From positions 56,358,001-56,422,000 of the forward strand of contig OZ286467.1 in assembly GCA_965644265.1 (NCBI GenBank): DNA of 64,000 nucleotides. Direction: 5' to 3'. This document shows, one piece after another, positions 28,201-42,040 of this stretch; the stretch's first letter is position 1, and the number at the start of each line of letters is the position of its first letter. The stretch is from Glycera tridactyla (Eukaryota). A program made the translations under genes and the position numbers. Under the pieces are notes generated by a model, which saw only the letters and a program-made list of their open reading frames with translations, was not told the origin of the DNA and did not search any database.

Positions 28201-30007
28201 TAGTGATAAACACAATCTCTAACAAAGTAAACCCCAATACCCCAATAAAACCCAAATACCACAAAAACATCCAAATCAGAAGTTAAGAACCAACTAACCC
28301 ACCACATCAACATGTGGATCAATCTAACGTTGATGTGGATCAATCTAACCAACCCACAATAGCCAAGATGAACAGATGAACAATAAGCACCAAGTAACCC
28401 AACACAACAACCCAACCCAACCTATCACGATATCCAAGGTATGAACACTGATCAGGTGAAAGAAATGACAACAAGCAAAGGCTGAACCAAATCTAAAACA
28501 AATAACCAAACATACCAAACCAAACCAAATAACAACAAACAACTAATCCATGATATTTCTCATCTCAGGTGTACACTTACCCAGTGGGTCGAGGAACCTG
28601 GACATTGAGGCAACCATCAATACGAGAACAACATAGGGAGACATACAAATCACTGCGCAGTATTGAATCGTACCCGCTCTCATTGAAATCCCCTATCCGA
28701 GTCCATGATCTTCCCTCATACTCACACACGCACAAACACACACACACACATATTTACACATACACACACGTGAGCGCATACATCATCATCATCACCATGG
28801 GATCAACATGACACTTGTGAAATAAAAAAGGGCTATCGAGCTTTGGAGCATGTGGGGCCGTCGTGCTTTGAGCCGTGGCTTCCACGACTTCAATGAGAGA
28901 TTTCCTATCCTCCCTTTCATTGACACCTTACACAGGAATCAAATGGNNNNNNNNNNNNNNNNNNNNNNNNNNNNNNNNNNNNNNNNNNNNNNNNNNNNNN
29001 NNNNNNNNNNNNNNNNNNNNNNNNNNNNNNNNNNNNNNNNNNNNNNNNNNNNNNNNNNNNNNNNNNNNNNNNNNNNNNNNNNNNNNNNNNNNNNNNNNNA
29101 ATCGGTGTCACGTGATTTTGTTTCTAAACTTCGGGTCTATGTTCGATATTTCGAGCCAAACATAATCTGACGTAACAAGTCAGTCCGAGAACAAACATGT
29201 TCAACTCAATGTCAGTATATCTCTGAATTTGAATTACAATCCCGCTAGATTTCCATGATTAGATTGTTTCTTTCCACCCCCCCCCCTAATTTGTAATCAA
29301 CATACATGCTATCAAATTTACCTCCTTCATTTCCTCTCATTGGAAAAATGGTTTTCAATTTGTTCACCCTTCTGCACTATGTCTGCATTATGTCATCATC
29401 ACCATCACCATCACCATCACCACCGATATCACCATCACCATCCGAAAGGAACTCATCGGTTGTGAGGGAGGCATGGACCAACACATGTGTGAGACACTCC
29501 CCAAAGTGTGAGGTCTTCAACTGGTTTCAATGCTTATATATGACCCGGTATCGCGACGCCCCCAGCTCTCTGCGCTTTCTCGCAAAAGATATATTGCTAC
29601 CATCTGGGCATGGTAATTGACAATTCATCAGTATGGAATTATTGGCAGGTGTTCCACTGAAATGACGCTCAAAACGCCAAATGACGCCAAATGACTGATA
29701 TATGATNNNNNNNNNNNNNNNNNNNNNNNNNNNNNNNNNNNNNNNNNNNNNNNNNNNNNNNNNNNNNNNNNNNNNNNNNNNNNNNNNNNNNNNNNNNNNN
29801 NNNNNNNNNNNNNNNNNNNNNNNNNNNNNNNNNNTGATCAGGATGATCATCATGCATGACGTTGATGATGATCATGACCATGATATCCATGATGACCATG
29901 GCTTTATTTGGCATTTCGGCATAATCTCCCAGCATTAGACCTCATATATGATTTACAGATGGAACTACATCTAGTAGCCTATCTGCAGTATATTCAGTGT
30001 ATATATT

Positions 30008-30011
<4 letters not shown>

Positions 30012-30064
<53 letters not shown>

Positions 30065-30065
30065 A
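30012..30065. repeat. (TA)n microsatellite
   Basis: Direct reading. Confidence 0.95.
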
Positions 30066-32063
30066 CATCATTGTAGAATTGCCTGATGCTGCTGGTTTGC
30101 AGCGGCAGGGATGTAGACCGGTCTAACCCTCTCAATAGTCTCTCGTCCTTTATGTGAATACTTCAATCGTGGATAATCAGGTATGAGGGATGAAGCATAT
30201 GACAACACATGTACAAAAGCACGACTCCAGCCATTGGTGTAGAGCTCGTGCGCTGTTCAACATCATTGCATGATGGTGTGGAGTTATTAGACTGTGTGCC
30301 AGCTAGTAACCCTCTTCATCCCATGCCAGAACTTTCATCCTTGACTGCGATTGGAGACAAATATAAAGCAGAGTAGTATTCTCCCTTCAGCTGAGATCTA
30401 TCACTTTCAAATTTACGTTTGACAATCAACCACTCACACCACATATACGATGATGATACGGCTCACAAACTTCTGTAAAATATTTTTTGGAGATTGCAAC
30501 CATGAATTGTGTTTGAGGTCAGTCCTGTCCACAATGGCCAGCTTGTAACATTTGATACTTGTCATTGTAGACGATTTGCTGTGACGTAGAACAACCTTCA
30601 TGCATGTAGGACTATCTTATGACACGTATTGTTGTACAGCTTTTCTACCTAGCTCTCGCTTTCTACCAGGGATATTCAAATGCAGACATCCTGTGTCATC
30701 CCCGTTTTTTTATTTGATTCACTACAATGCAGTGTCATTAATGACACTGCCCCTATTTATAAAGATAACATCCTCCGCCTAGTGATATGGTCGTAGTACA
30801 TCTAGATTTCAACATATTCTCTCGATATTTCGCATATTATGAACATAAGAATTCTAGTACATATTTCGGCATATGACTGCCATTGCTATCCCTGGCAACT
30901 GAGGTCAAGGTCACATGAAGGTCAACTCCCGTAATTTGTCAACCTACCCTATCTAATGCTGAAACTACAGGCCATTCCATTTTTCAGAGAAAAAAGGATT
31001 AACCTTCAGCATGAAGCTATTTTGTGTCCTTCCACAGAAATCATACGGCCTTGACACATGAGACAATAGTCTGTCTTGATGAGAGGAAAGTTTCAATGGA
31101 AACCTGCGAAAATGATGCATTTGCGCCTAGCTGACTAAAAAAACTGCGATCAATAATCTGGGCCTAATGGTTTCCTATCAGAGCTATGTGGATTGTGAAT
31201 TAGTATGAAATCAGTTCTTGTGCGGAGGGGCATGATCAGCAAGTACGAAGTGAAAGAATGTGCTTTTCCAAATATTTTTGGTTGTTTCACCTTGGTTAGA
31301 ATAGCAACCATGACACAATGGACATGGACTTCTCTCACAAAAGTCTTTGTGAGTTATATAATATGATGACATCATTTACTTATGCATTATGTACCTACAT
31401 GTCATCTGAGTGGTGAATTTTGATTTCCAGCCTAGTTTCGAATGGTTACCATGGCAACCAATGACACCGCACCAAGGGGAGCTTTGTGCTAACCAGAATC
31501 TTCAGCTATCATGTGCAAACAACATAAGAATATCTTCGATGAATGGATTGAAAGTATTGAGCCCAGTGCATGCCGATTGGGATGCCGATGGCCGGCAGTG
31601 TGTACGGGAGTATCTTACTGTACGCACGTTGAAGAACCACCCTCGTTATCAGCAAAAAGTAGGGACGGCCACCGGCAGTGATGCTTCTTTCCTTCAGCAT
31701 TTTCAGTTTTCCAATCCGATATAACAAACGGTGGTTGAAAAGACGTTAAATCCGGACAAACGANNNNNNNNNNNNNNNNNNNNNNNNNNNNNNNNNNNNN
31801 NNNNNNNNNNNNNNNNNNNNNNNNNNNNNNNNNNNNNNNNNNNNNNNNNNNNNNNNNNNNNNNNNNNNNNNNNNNNNNNNNNNNNNNNNNNNNNNNNNNN
31901 NNNNNNNNNNNNNNNNNNNNNGCACGTCGGTGCTCTCGTTAGATCAGGCGCTAAATTGTCTCCCGTCCTGCAGAGATAATGGGACTACGCCAACTCCAAC
32001 GAGTTGCATGGGGCATCCTGAACAATATTGAGCTATCCACCATACAGGTTATCAGCTTGTATG

Positions 32064-34719
32064 ACCAGTATTTTGTATGTACTGACGTGTTTTGATGTAA
32101 GGGTTATCGAGTTCTTTCAATCAGCTCTGCAGGGATGGCGAGTATCATTAGAAAGAGTCACTCACCACGATCAACTCCATGTAAGCTTTATCTGGTTATA
32201 GATTGAGATCGTTGACATGACAGATTATCAGATATGTGACGGTGATTGACGGGCTTGTACCCAAGAGATCATCTCAGGGATTATATCCGAATCAAGCCAC
32301 TTAGCCTGATCACCTGGACTACACTTTTTTTGTGATATTGCTTGATGTCAATTCCAGCTACTTCCTATGTGTCTCTTTGTGATATACTACTGTATACATA
32401 CTATATGTATGTATATGTCTCGGTGTATAGTATGTGTACAGTATGTCCTGTATATAGTGTATATAGTGATTGTTGTGAATTGTGTATATACGTTGTTTCT
32501 CTGTATTGTGTTCATATGTTGTTCTTTGTTTATCTTTCATGTATCGCAAAATAGTCTGTATTTGTGTATTCGTACTCGAAGGAGGGAAAAAATGGCCGTC
32601 GAACTCCCTCCCGCGAGTTTAATTGAATTATTCAAATTCGAATTCGAATACGATCATATTCATTTGCCCATTAACATGGATCGGCTGGGATCCTTTCAGC
32701 TTACAGATCTGTCAGGTAGCTGTCACTACAGATGTCACCTCGATTTAGGACATCGGCTGATGTCATTGCCCTCCTGAGGGGATTATATGTGCGTATTGAC
32801 AAGTTCATCCTGGCCAACAACATATCCCAGTCTACTCTGTGAGCACCCTTGCACGAGTGCACGTGATATTTGTTGTTGATCGCACAACTGTGCACCTGAA
32901 TGACCACATATGGGCGGGGATATTGTTGGTGAGCAGTCCTTCCGGAAGAATAATATTGACATTTGCCATATTGTCTCAGCTTGCAGAAATGTAACCTCAG
33001 GTGTATGTGATTTTTCTTCCAATTTCCCTGAAGGCTTGACGGTAAGAGGAAGGGGAGGGGCGCGAGGGATGTTCGGTTGGTTGACTGGTTATTTTACTCT
33101 CCCTGAGCGACCGTTGGGTTATATTGAGACACCTATGATATGAGGCACAGGTCGGGACTCCCAAGACTTTTTCAGGATTCCCAATCGACGATGACAATCC
33201 ATGAAATTCAGACACACATGGCGTCACAAAGAATTGTGTTGGTACACACCACAAAATGTCAACAAACCAATCACTAATCTAAATGACCAACCGAGAAGCA
33301 TTAACCAACGTTACTGAGTCGGCCTCAGTATGACCTCACTATGCAAGAATTATACTATTCAATATATTCATTCAATTCAATTCAATTCAATTCAATTCGA
33401 TAAACTTTATTTTTTCTCGTAACTGAACATATATACAGATGTGCAGATATCCTGACGGATTTCTACAGCACACACGAGAATAAAGAAGTAACACAAGATT
33501 GAATATATACATTATCTACAGTATGCATTCATTCAAAGTGTATCCATCACCATTTATAGCCAAGACATCAACATTCCCACTCACACATTTCTCCACACAT
33601 ATCATGGTCGATGGTATTTTCCCACAGCATCCATAACCCCTATATCAGAAAATATTTCTGCACAGAGGAGGCATTGTGGATATACTTGAGTTGTTTGGCC
33701 CAATACAGTGCAGAGTGACTAATAGTATTTGTAAAGCGAATCTGATATTGTGGGGAGATAAATATTGGCAGTATTCAAAATGGACCAGTTTCAAATTCAT
33801 GACATGATTTCAGAGCTATATGTATGTATATGCCTGAGCATCTGAAGGAGGCACGTTCAGTTGATGAACCAGTATTTTGTATGTACTGACGTGTTTTGAT
33901 GTAAGGGTTATCGAGTTCTTTCAATCAGCTCTGCAGGGATGGCGAGTATCATTAGAAAGAGTCACTCACCACGATCAACTCCATGTAAGCTTTATCTGGT
34001 TATAGATTGAGATCGTTGACATGACAGATTATCAGATATGTGAAGGTGATTGACGGGCTTGTACCCAAGAGATCATCTCAGGGATTATATCCGAATCAAG
34101 CCACTTAGCCTGAATCACCAATCACTAATCTAAATGACCAACCGAAAAGCATTAACCAACGTTACTGAGTCGGCCTCAGTATGACCTCACTATGCAAGAA
34201 TTATACTATTCAATATATTCATTCAATTCAATTCAATTCAATTCAATTCGATAAACTTTATTTTTTCTCGTAACTGAACATATATACAGATGTGCAGATA
34301 TCCTGACGGATTTCTACAGCACACACGAGAATAAAGAAGTAACACAAGATTGAATATATACATTATCTACAGTATGCATTCATTCAAAGTGTATCCATCA
34401 CCATTCATAGCCAAGACATCAACATTCCCACTCACACATTTCTCCACACATATCATGGTCGATGGTATTTTCCCACAGCATCCATAACCCCTATATCAGA
34501 AAATATTTCTGCACAGAGGAGGCATTGTGGATATACTTGAGTTGTTTGGCCCAATACAGTGCAGAGTGACTAATAGTATTTGTAAAGCGAATCTGATATT
34601 GTGGGGAGATAAATATTGGCAGTATTCAAAATGGACCAGTTTCAAATTCATGACATGATTTCAGAGCTATATGTATGTATATGCCTGAGCATCTGAAGGA
34701 GGCACGTTCAGTTGATGAA
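32064..34719. repeat. Complex local duplication A-X-B-A-B (A: 32064-32309 and 33868-34113; B: 33266-33868 and 34117-34719)
   Basis: The A copies are 246 bp and the B copies 603 bp, near-identical with few SNPs. Short microhomologies (ATGA, ACC) lie at the junctions. Confidence 0.9.
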
Positions 34720-35900
34720 TTAATCGAGGCTATGATCTGGCATTACGGTAACACTATTGCATCCTCTTTTCTGAGAATTGTAAATGTCACTCCCTGGAGG
34801 CACACAGACTGGTGCCCATCCATTCACATCGGGATTGCATGTTACTCGTGCTAATGATCCAAGTTGATGAAGAGTAAATGAGAATATAACGGTAGAACTT
34901 CACTCTTGTGGTATGTATTCCTAGAGTCGTGTAAAGATAGTACCTGTACTTCCTGTAGGAGTATGATTCTTAATAAAGAAAAAAAAATCTTATGTTGATT
35001 CTAAATATCTCGGACAAAGGAGGGTTTCATGCTACCAGAGGAATGGTTTCTTGATAACGGCTTTGGGATTCACACCGTCCGTCTATTTCATTCTCTACAG
35101 TTGAATACCTCTTCAAATGATGCGAAGACGAAACTTATGTTATTCAATACTTGCCAGAATTGAGCAAAATTTTGATGGAATCTTGATAAAAAGAGTGGAT
35201 GATTTCGAATATCATTACTTCTCTATTTCTTGCCGTCGGGAGGTGGATAACTTCTCCGTGGCTGAGACCCTCTGAAAGTTTGCAACCGGGAAATGAGGAG
35301 CCCTGGTCTAACCAAAAAGGCAGAAAGGAGATGCATTCACTGCCGGTCTGAGGCTGCATTAAGCAGGTGATCGCTGATTCCATTATAATAAGGGCGGACT
35401 ATTTTTCTGATGATGTTTGTTAGTGAATGTATTTGCTCTATGAGGTGTGGCACTCAATACGTATTACTTCAATGTCAGGAGAAGCAATGCCCTGTTTAAT
35501 GAAGAGATATGCTGATATTAGTGACAAGGCTGCCGGTTGTGACGCGGAACAGGGGAGAATCACGTCATCAGCAAATGAATAATGTAATCTTGATAATGAT
35601 GACGTCATGTACGATCACACCATGACAGAGAGATGTTCGTGTACAGAGCAAAATATAGCTACTTTCACGCCATCTTAGATAAACGCTCACAAGGACATTT
35701 GACCTTGAGATACTCCCGGAAAGTAATGGTGATGAAATATGTGGCCAGGAACGTGGACTTCTCATTTACTTATTCAAGACCATGAAATGCTCTTGACGAA
35801 TTCTTCCTGGGGCACTCGGTTCTATACAATGAAAGCCTGATATTGACAGAAGAATGTGTGGAGGGAATTGTCTGATTCGCAACACGTCATCAATATCTGG
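33367..35900 (-). mobile_element. Decayed LINE 3' portion with AATAAA plus (TTGAA)n tail (tail duplicated at about 34218-34262)
   Basis: Minus strand reads AATAAAGTTTATCGAATTGAATTGAATTGAATTG at 33411-33367. Upstream are only eroded RT-like words (QYQAF..NR, EGLSHGE, Y..LGI). Confidence 0.45.
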
Positions 35901-37178
35901 TACACTCGCATATCAAGAAGCTCCTTTATTTATGCCTGGTAGGCATGTGGTATCAACCTCACGTTATTCTTCACACAGAGGTATGAATTTTTGAGTCTCC
36001 GGTATAACATACTCTGTTTCATTTCTCATCATCTGCCAAAAAGCCTCAGGCACTGTGATTGTCATTTGCTGTAGAGACGTCGGTTCCAATCATCAATTAT
36101 TAACAGGGTATGTCAGGAGTTTCCTATTCTGTATTTGTCGCAATGTCAACTAATATGTACACACTATTTGTGAGTATAGCATGGCTAATTTCTTCTGTGC
36201 TTGTGTCCAATGAAAGAAGGAGATGTAGGATTATACACTCTCCGAATGAAATTCAAGAAACCTCACAAAGCCTTATTATGATCAATTATTGATTGGTGTA
36301 TAATGATAATCGATAAAGTCAGACCTGTGCAAATCCGCACTGCTTTTAAGCATGATGATTCAACTGATTCAGGGATGTATCTTCAGCCATGTGTCTGCTT
36401 GAGTCCCTTGGATCCGCATCTAGTAGGGTCTGCAGCAATGCGAGCTTCTCACGTGATAGAGTGAGATTTTCTGGACAGGTATGACAGAGGAGAGGGTGAT
36501 GAAAAGTGGATCCGATTGGCAGATATAAAAAGGAGAGACAGGTGGATATGGAGGACAAATGTGATTGTGTTCGTGTTTTTGTGTGCGGTTGAGTGTGTGA
36601 TTGCGTGTAAATTTATGTTCGCGTGTCTGTGCTTGTGCATATGGGTGTGTCTCCGCGTCTGGGTGTTCTGAAAAAACAAACTGCTACTTTGATATTGTAC
36701 ATCATAACCCGAGATGAACCTGGATACTGATCTATTCTTTTACAGCGTTGATGCTCCAGCTATGACGTAATTGCGGTTTGCTCAGTTTCTTTCATTCGTT
36801 CGACGGAATAAAATGAGGTATTGAATTCAATTTGATTCAACAATTCAACCAAGGAGCAGGAGTAATCAGAGTCGAGGATATTCTATTTGAGGATGTCACA
36901 GCCTCGATGACAGAGCATCATAAGGGCAATCAAAATGATTGTTATCCTGACATTTGCTATTTCCATCAGCATCACCAGCATCATTATCCAGAATTGATAT
37001 ATTCTCTATTCACACGGCCCTCATTATCAGTGGCAATGTGTCTCGAGGTGATATTAATTCATCCTGGGAATATGTTGGTCCACTTCACTGGGGCAATTTC
37101 AGACAGCTGAATGCTCATTGTTCCATTTGGCCTTATTCTCATTTGGTAGAAATCCTCCATTCAACTACAGGCCAGGTA

Positions 37179-37356
37179 CAGTCAAACCTGTCTGTAGAGA
37201 CCGCTTTCTGTCGCATCAAAGAGTGGTCTTTATAGGCAGGTGGTCTTTATAGAGAGGTCATTTTCTGTTGAAAATACTACCACGGTCGCAGCTCAGGGTG
37301 GTCTTTATGGAGAGGTGGTCTCTATAGAGAGGTTGTCTTTAGAGCAGGCTCGATTG
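37179..37356 (+). mobile_element. Tc1/mariner (pogo/Tigger-like) MITE, 178 bp
   Basis: TA|CAGTCAAACCTGTCT ... AGAGCAGGCTCGATTG|TA, with internal GGTGGTCTTTATAG repeats. Same family as 55432-55608 in the opposite orientation. Confidence 0.8.
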
Positions 37357-37638
37357 TATTTCATCCTCGATACTTCATCCTACCTGAAGTATAGCATGGG
37401 TCGAAGCAATATGCATATAATGAATGTGTTATGTCCTGGCACAATATATGGTGACACACGCAGGTCAGGTATACAGGTACAAATACAAACCAACACCTGA
37501 CCAGTAAATAGGTTGATCTCACTGATGAATCAACCAACCGTGCAATCAAACGCTGAATTGTTTCAAGATTGAAATGTTCGAACGTATGTCAATATTGTGC
37601 ACTGGAACAGCTTGAAATGAACAAGAAAACGATGGAGT

Positions 37639-37887
37639 AGCTAATCTATGAATAATATCAAATCCAATGATCAGCTAATCTATGAATAATAGCAAAAACC
37701 AATGATCAGCCAATCTATGAATGATACCAAAACCCAATGATCAGCCAATATTTGAATAATATCAAAACCCAATGATCAGCCAATGTATGAATGATATCAA
37801 AACCCAATGATCAGCCAATCTATGAATAACATCGAGACCCAATGATCAGCCAATCTATGAATAACATCAAACCCAATGATCAGCCAA
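37639..37887. repeat. 34-35-bp minisatellite, about 7 copies
   Basis: Unit AGCCAATCTATGAATAATATCAAAACCCAATGATC starting at 37639, 37673, 37708, 37743, 37778, 37813 and 37848. Confidence 0.92.
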
Positions 37888-38298
37888 CATCGATCATCAT
37901 CCGGCATTTGATCTCTGGAATTAGGGGCCGTTTCCATGAAAAGTTGACATGGAGAAACACATACTGATGATCCATATAAAGCAAACGGGTCTGTACAATA
38001 ATCCTCCAGGATTTCATGGCATTTAGAGCAGTATTTACCCATCAATTGGCTTTCCCAAAGAAAGTCAATTTCTTTTTCAGCCGACCCCACTGCGCGCGCA
38101 GCACACCTGGGTCGTCTGTTTATGTTTGGTTGGTTGTGGTCGCCACCATTTTGGACAACATGCACGTAGAAGTTGGCGCGTGTGGCGCGGTAACTACAGT
38201 AGTGGTTTGTGCGCGTAGCCCGTCACTACGTAGTGATTGTCTTTTGACGTGATGAGGTGAGGACGTGCGACTGAACTCGGGGAGAGAACGGCTGAATA

Positions 38299-40865
38299 AT
38301 GACCTCAAAACAGCTCATACCGGCGTCAGACCAACCAAAGCTTGGAGAATTCCTATCGAAGTCGCCACTCGTCTCAAATCAGGTATCTTTAAAAAGCCAT
38401 GGAAGTGAGAAATGTGATGTTTATTCGCCGATGGGCGATATTTTGCAATCAGGCTCGCTGCCATCTGAAGGTACACCTTGCGAGAAGTCCCCAGGTCTCC
38501 CCCTCACCCCCATGCTCCGCTCATTGAGAAGCTCTCGGTCGTGGTGGATAATTTGCAAAGTGGGTCCCCCCGCTCGCGTGCTGCATCACCGTCATCGTCA
38601 CGGTCTGCCGAGCGTCTAGAATTTACGTTCACTCCCCCCTGCAACAATGATCATAGAGCTAGATCTCTAGACAGACCATCAAATAGTGTACATTTGAATG
38701 TCTCGAAAGCTAGAGTTTTGCCAGGACCTCCCATGAATGCTGTTGCGCTCGGTAGTTTCACTAAAATGTCAGCTGCGTCAACTGCGTCGCAATTATGAAG
38801 CCAGAAGAGAAGTCAGTCCTGCCATTGACCTTGCTATTGATCTGCCCGCTGGTCCTAACATAAATGCTAACATAGATGCTGACTCCTCCGCGTCTGCCCG
38901 TGGTTCAGGAGAGAATCCTGAAGCATATACGGATGATGACTCGGTGGAAATATTTGAGAGTCAAGCCTCTGACACTCGTTTCTCAGACACACAAGTCTCC
39001 GACTCACAGGTCTCGCTACCGGAAATTAAGAATGACTCGCTCTGTGCCTTACCTACATCTCTTAAGATGTCTTCATCATCTCAGAACACGTCTAATATAT
39101 CTTGTAAGAAGAAACATGAACTTTTGGGTGAGGTGTCTGTCATCTCTTCGCCGGCTAGCAGCCTGTCCACTGAAAGCAGTACTGTTGATGATAGTGAAAA
39201 GTGCAAAATGAAGAAGCACAGAGGCAAATCCTCTGATGCTGTGAACAGAGTTATTGTGGATGCAGAAATGACGGATGTCTCCATGGGCATTCATAGTTTG
39301 CCTGACGAAATTGATTGTGCCCAGAAATCTCCACATAACACTGTGCCCAGTGGATTGAATAGCTAGGATAGCGTCGAGCATAGCTCACAGCTTAGTGCGA
39401 TCGGTGATGAACCAAACTGCGACGATAATCACCGTCTCTATTTAACTTATGAAGACTTTATCTCAGAGTTTGGGCACATGGAAGCCAACTTCTGGAAGTC
39501 TATTGCTCATAAGCTACCAGAGATGGTTCACCTAGTAAATGGCGATAAATTTGAAGAGATTAATTACGAGATGAGCAATATTGCCAGGAATGGTAAAAAT
39601 GACTTGGCTGATGTTGAAGGAAGTATCCAGGCAGAGCCTACTGGAATTAAAGAAGAAACCAAGTTCCTGATTGCCGAAAATGGAAAAATCAACAGACTTT
39701 TGAAACAGAACAGCGTTGCCATCGAGGAATTGAGAATGTCCATTGTTGAAGCTAAGAAGGAAATCCAGGCTGCGATAGATAAATCGATGAAGGCTGACCT
39801 CAATAAGAGATTTGATGAGTTAAAAAAATCGCTCTCTGCACCGGTTGATCAATCACTTGTTGACTCAATCCAGTCTGAGCTTACTTCTATCACTGACAAG
39901 CTCCTCCGAGCTGAGGCGCAACTCACCAAAATTGGTATTCGTATTGAGAATGTCGAACTTGATGAACGGCAGACTGTGTTAGTAATTGAGGGAGTAGAAG
40001 TTCGACAGGACGAAAATTTGTTAGATAAAGTCATCTGCGTCCTGGATGAATACCTTGATGCTGAACTCACTTGCAATGATTTGTATCATGTCAGTTTTTC
40101 GGACGTCCTACAAATGAACCCCACAAGCCCAGGCCAATTCAAATGAAACTAAAATCACAGGAGCTTAAACGCTGGCTGATGAGACAGAAGGGGAGTCTTC
40201 GAGATAGTCAGATTTTCTTGAATGAACATCTCACTGCTAATAATAGCAACATATACTATCTATCTAGACAAGCATGCAAGAAACGGTTATTTCACCATAC
40301 CTGGACAGATATGGGGAGGGTGTGGGCCACTAAATCTCATGATTCGGTCCCTACATGGATACGTGACCCTGAGAAACTCAGGCTTGAGCTAGAGGCTATA
40401 GCACTACGCCCTGAGTTATCATCTGCTCCGGATAGCCAAAAAGAGCGATACAAGAAGTCAGTCGAGAACTCGGAAGGGTCAATCAATAAAAATTCCATTG
40501 GTTACCAAAATAGACTCAAAAGCAACATGCAAGATGGTTCAAACCGTGAACATGGGTCGCGCTCTCGAACACGCCAGTACCAAGCTAGCAATGTGCCTGG
40601 TGACCTAGAACTACCGGAGCGGAACGAGGGAGATCGAACATCGCGCGACCAGCAATCGAGTCATCAATACAGATCGAATCGAGACGAAAAAGGCCTCTCA
40701 GCTCAACTATTGGAACACGCCCATACTGGCACATCACTTAACTCTGGTAGTCGTGGACGTATAAATTGCAGAGGCCGTGGTGACAATCATCGTGGATCCA
40801 ACTCTCGTGGTAAGCATGGAAATTACATTGGAAATGGTCAGCGACAGAAACATGACCCCAGCTGA
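38299..40865 (+). pseudogene. LINE ORF1 (about 855 aa reconstructed): Ser/Pro-rich N-terminus, coiled coil, RRM-CTD (L1-transposase-like), R/G-rich tail; disrupted
   Basis: Pieces 38299, 38478-38798, 38737-39366, 39478-40146 and 40143-40865 join through frameshifts near 38510, 38790 and 40095 and an in-frame TAG at 39364. Motifs: VLVIEGVEVRQDENL, KPRPIQMKL, IFLNEHLT, HHTWTDMGRVW. Confidence 0.85.
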
Positions 40866-40935
40866 CCCTTGATTGATTTACTTCCGCTGTCGCCAACTTC
40901 CCAGAGCTTCAATACCGACTTTCCAAAACACGGCC

Positions 40936-41908
40936 ATGGCAACTGCAAGCAGCCGTCCTATCTATGAACGACATAGATATTCGCTTGAATACCACCAAAA
41001 CTATATCACTCCAAGTGATATTCAACAGGCTGAAGACCAATTGACTGTTCCCAACGAAAAGGCCCTCAGTGCTGGGGCTGAAAAAACCTTTCGATTGTAC
41101 GATGAGCCCTCTATTCTAATCATCGGTGACTCAAACGTTTGCCACTTAATGTCAACGGTAAAGTCATCTAATTTCCCGGAACATCTCAAACGCATGATGA
41201 AATACTCATATTACATGGGATTTAGGGGGATGACTTTTGTCAGCTCCCTTAGATATCTAGCTGGTGATTTTGGCAATGAAGAAAAACAAAACAAATATGG
41301 TCTCCCATGGGAGATCTATAAACATGAATCGGATAATCACTATCCGGAAGACATTGTCATCTTCCTAGGTGGTAATGATGTAGACAATCTGGATCGTCAT
41401 TTGACAGCTTTAGCACTTCAACTTCATGCCTCTGATTATCAAGCCGCTGCAGAAAGTGCCCTAGATGAATGGTCGGGCAACTTTTTTCCTTCGATACAAG
41501 ATTTCTTCTCTGACATTGCCAAACGCTTCCCTAACATATCTATGTATTTTATGTCAATCCTCCCACGCAAGTGGTGGTGCGACCACTCTCGCAGATTATC
41601 GTCCAATATCAAATTCTTTGTCAATCAGACTCTGCGAATTTGGCGTCAAGAGCTGCACGGCGACGAGTTTGCTCTATGATTTTGGCAATAGTGGCCTAAA
41701 TCCCAGCAAGAGTGATGTAGTGTCTGCCTTCCTCTGTAAGGATGCCACTCACTTAAATGCAAAAGGGAATCGTGCCCTCACCAGAAATTTGATCTATAAG
41801 ATAATACAGTTCTTCAATCACAAGAAGAGTGAGATGAATAAACGGAAATCTAGAAAAAGAAGGTGCCCTTATAAGTCTGATGGTGCCTGCCAATCCGCAT
41901 CTCAATAA
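40936..41908 (+). pseudogene. Stand-alone SGNH/GDSL-family esterase ORF of the LINE (about 323 aa, one frameshift near 41638)
   Basis: Start context GCCATGG. All four SGNH blocks occur in order: ILIIGDSN, MGFRG, IVIFLGGNDV and, after the frameshift, KDATHLNAKGN. Basic C-terminus KRKSRKRR. Confidence 0.85.
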
Positions 41909-42040
41909 GTGTGCATGACTCACTCTGCGTCATATTCCAACATGAGTGACTATGTTGCTTGCTGAACCCATATCGTCAGACATTACCATACACTATTAAC
42001 GTGCGGTCTGATGACACAAAAGTATTATCATCACACAACT

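Noticed and set aside
40085-40105. Programmed -1 frameshift in ORF1
   Set aside because: AGT TTT TCG does not form an in-frame X XXY YYZ slippery heptamer; a 1-nt deletion in a T run is simpler.
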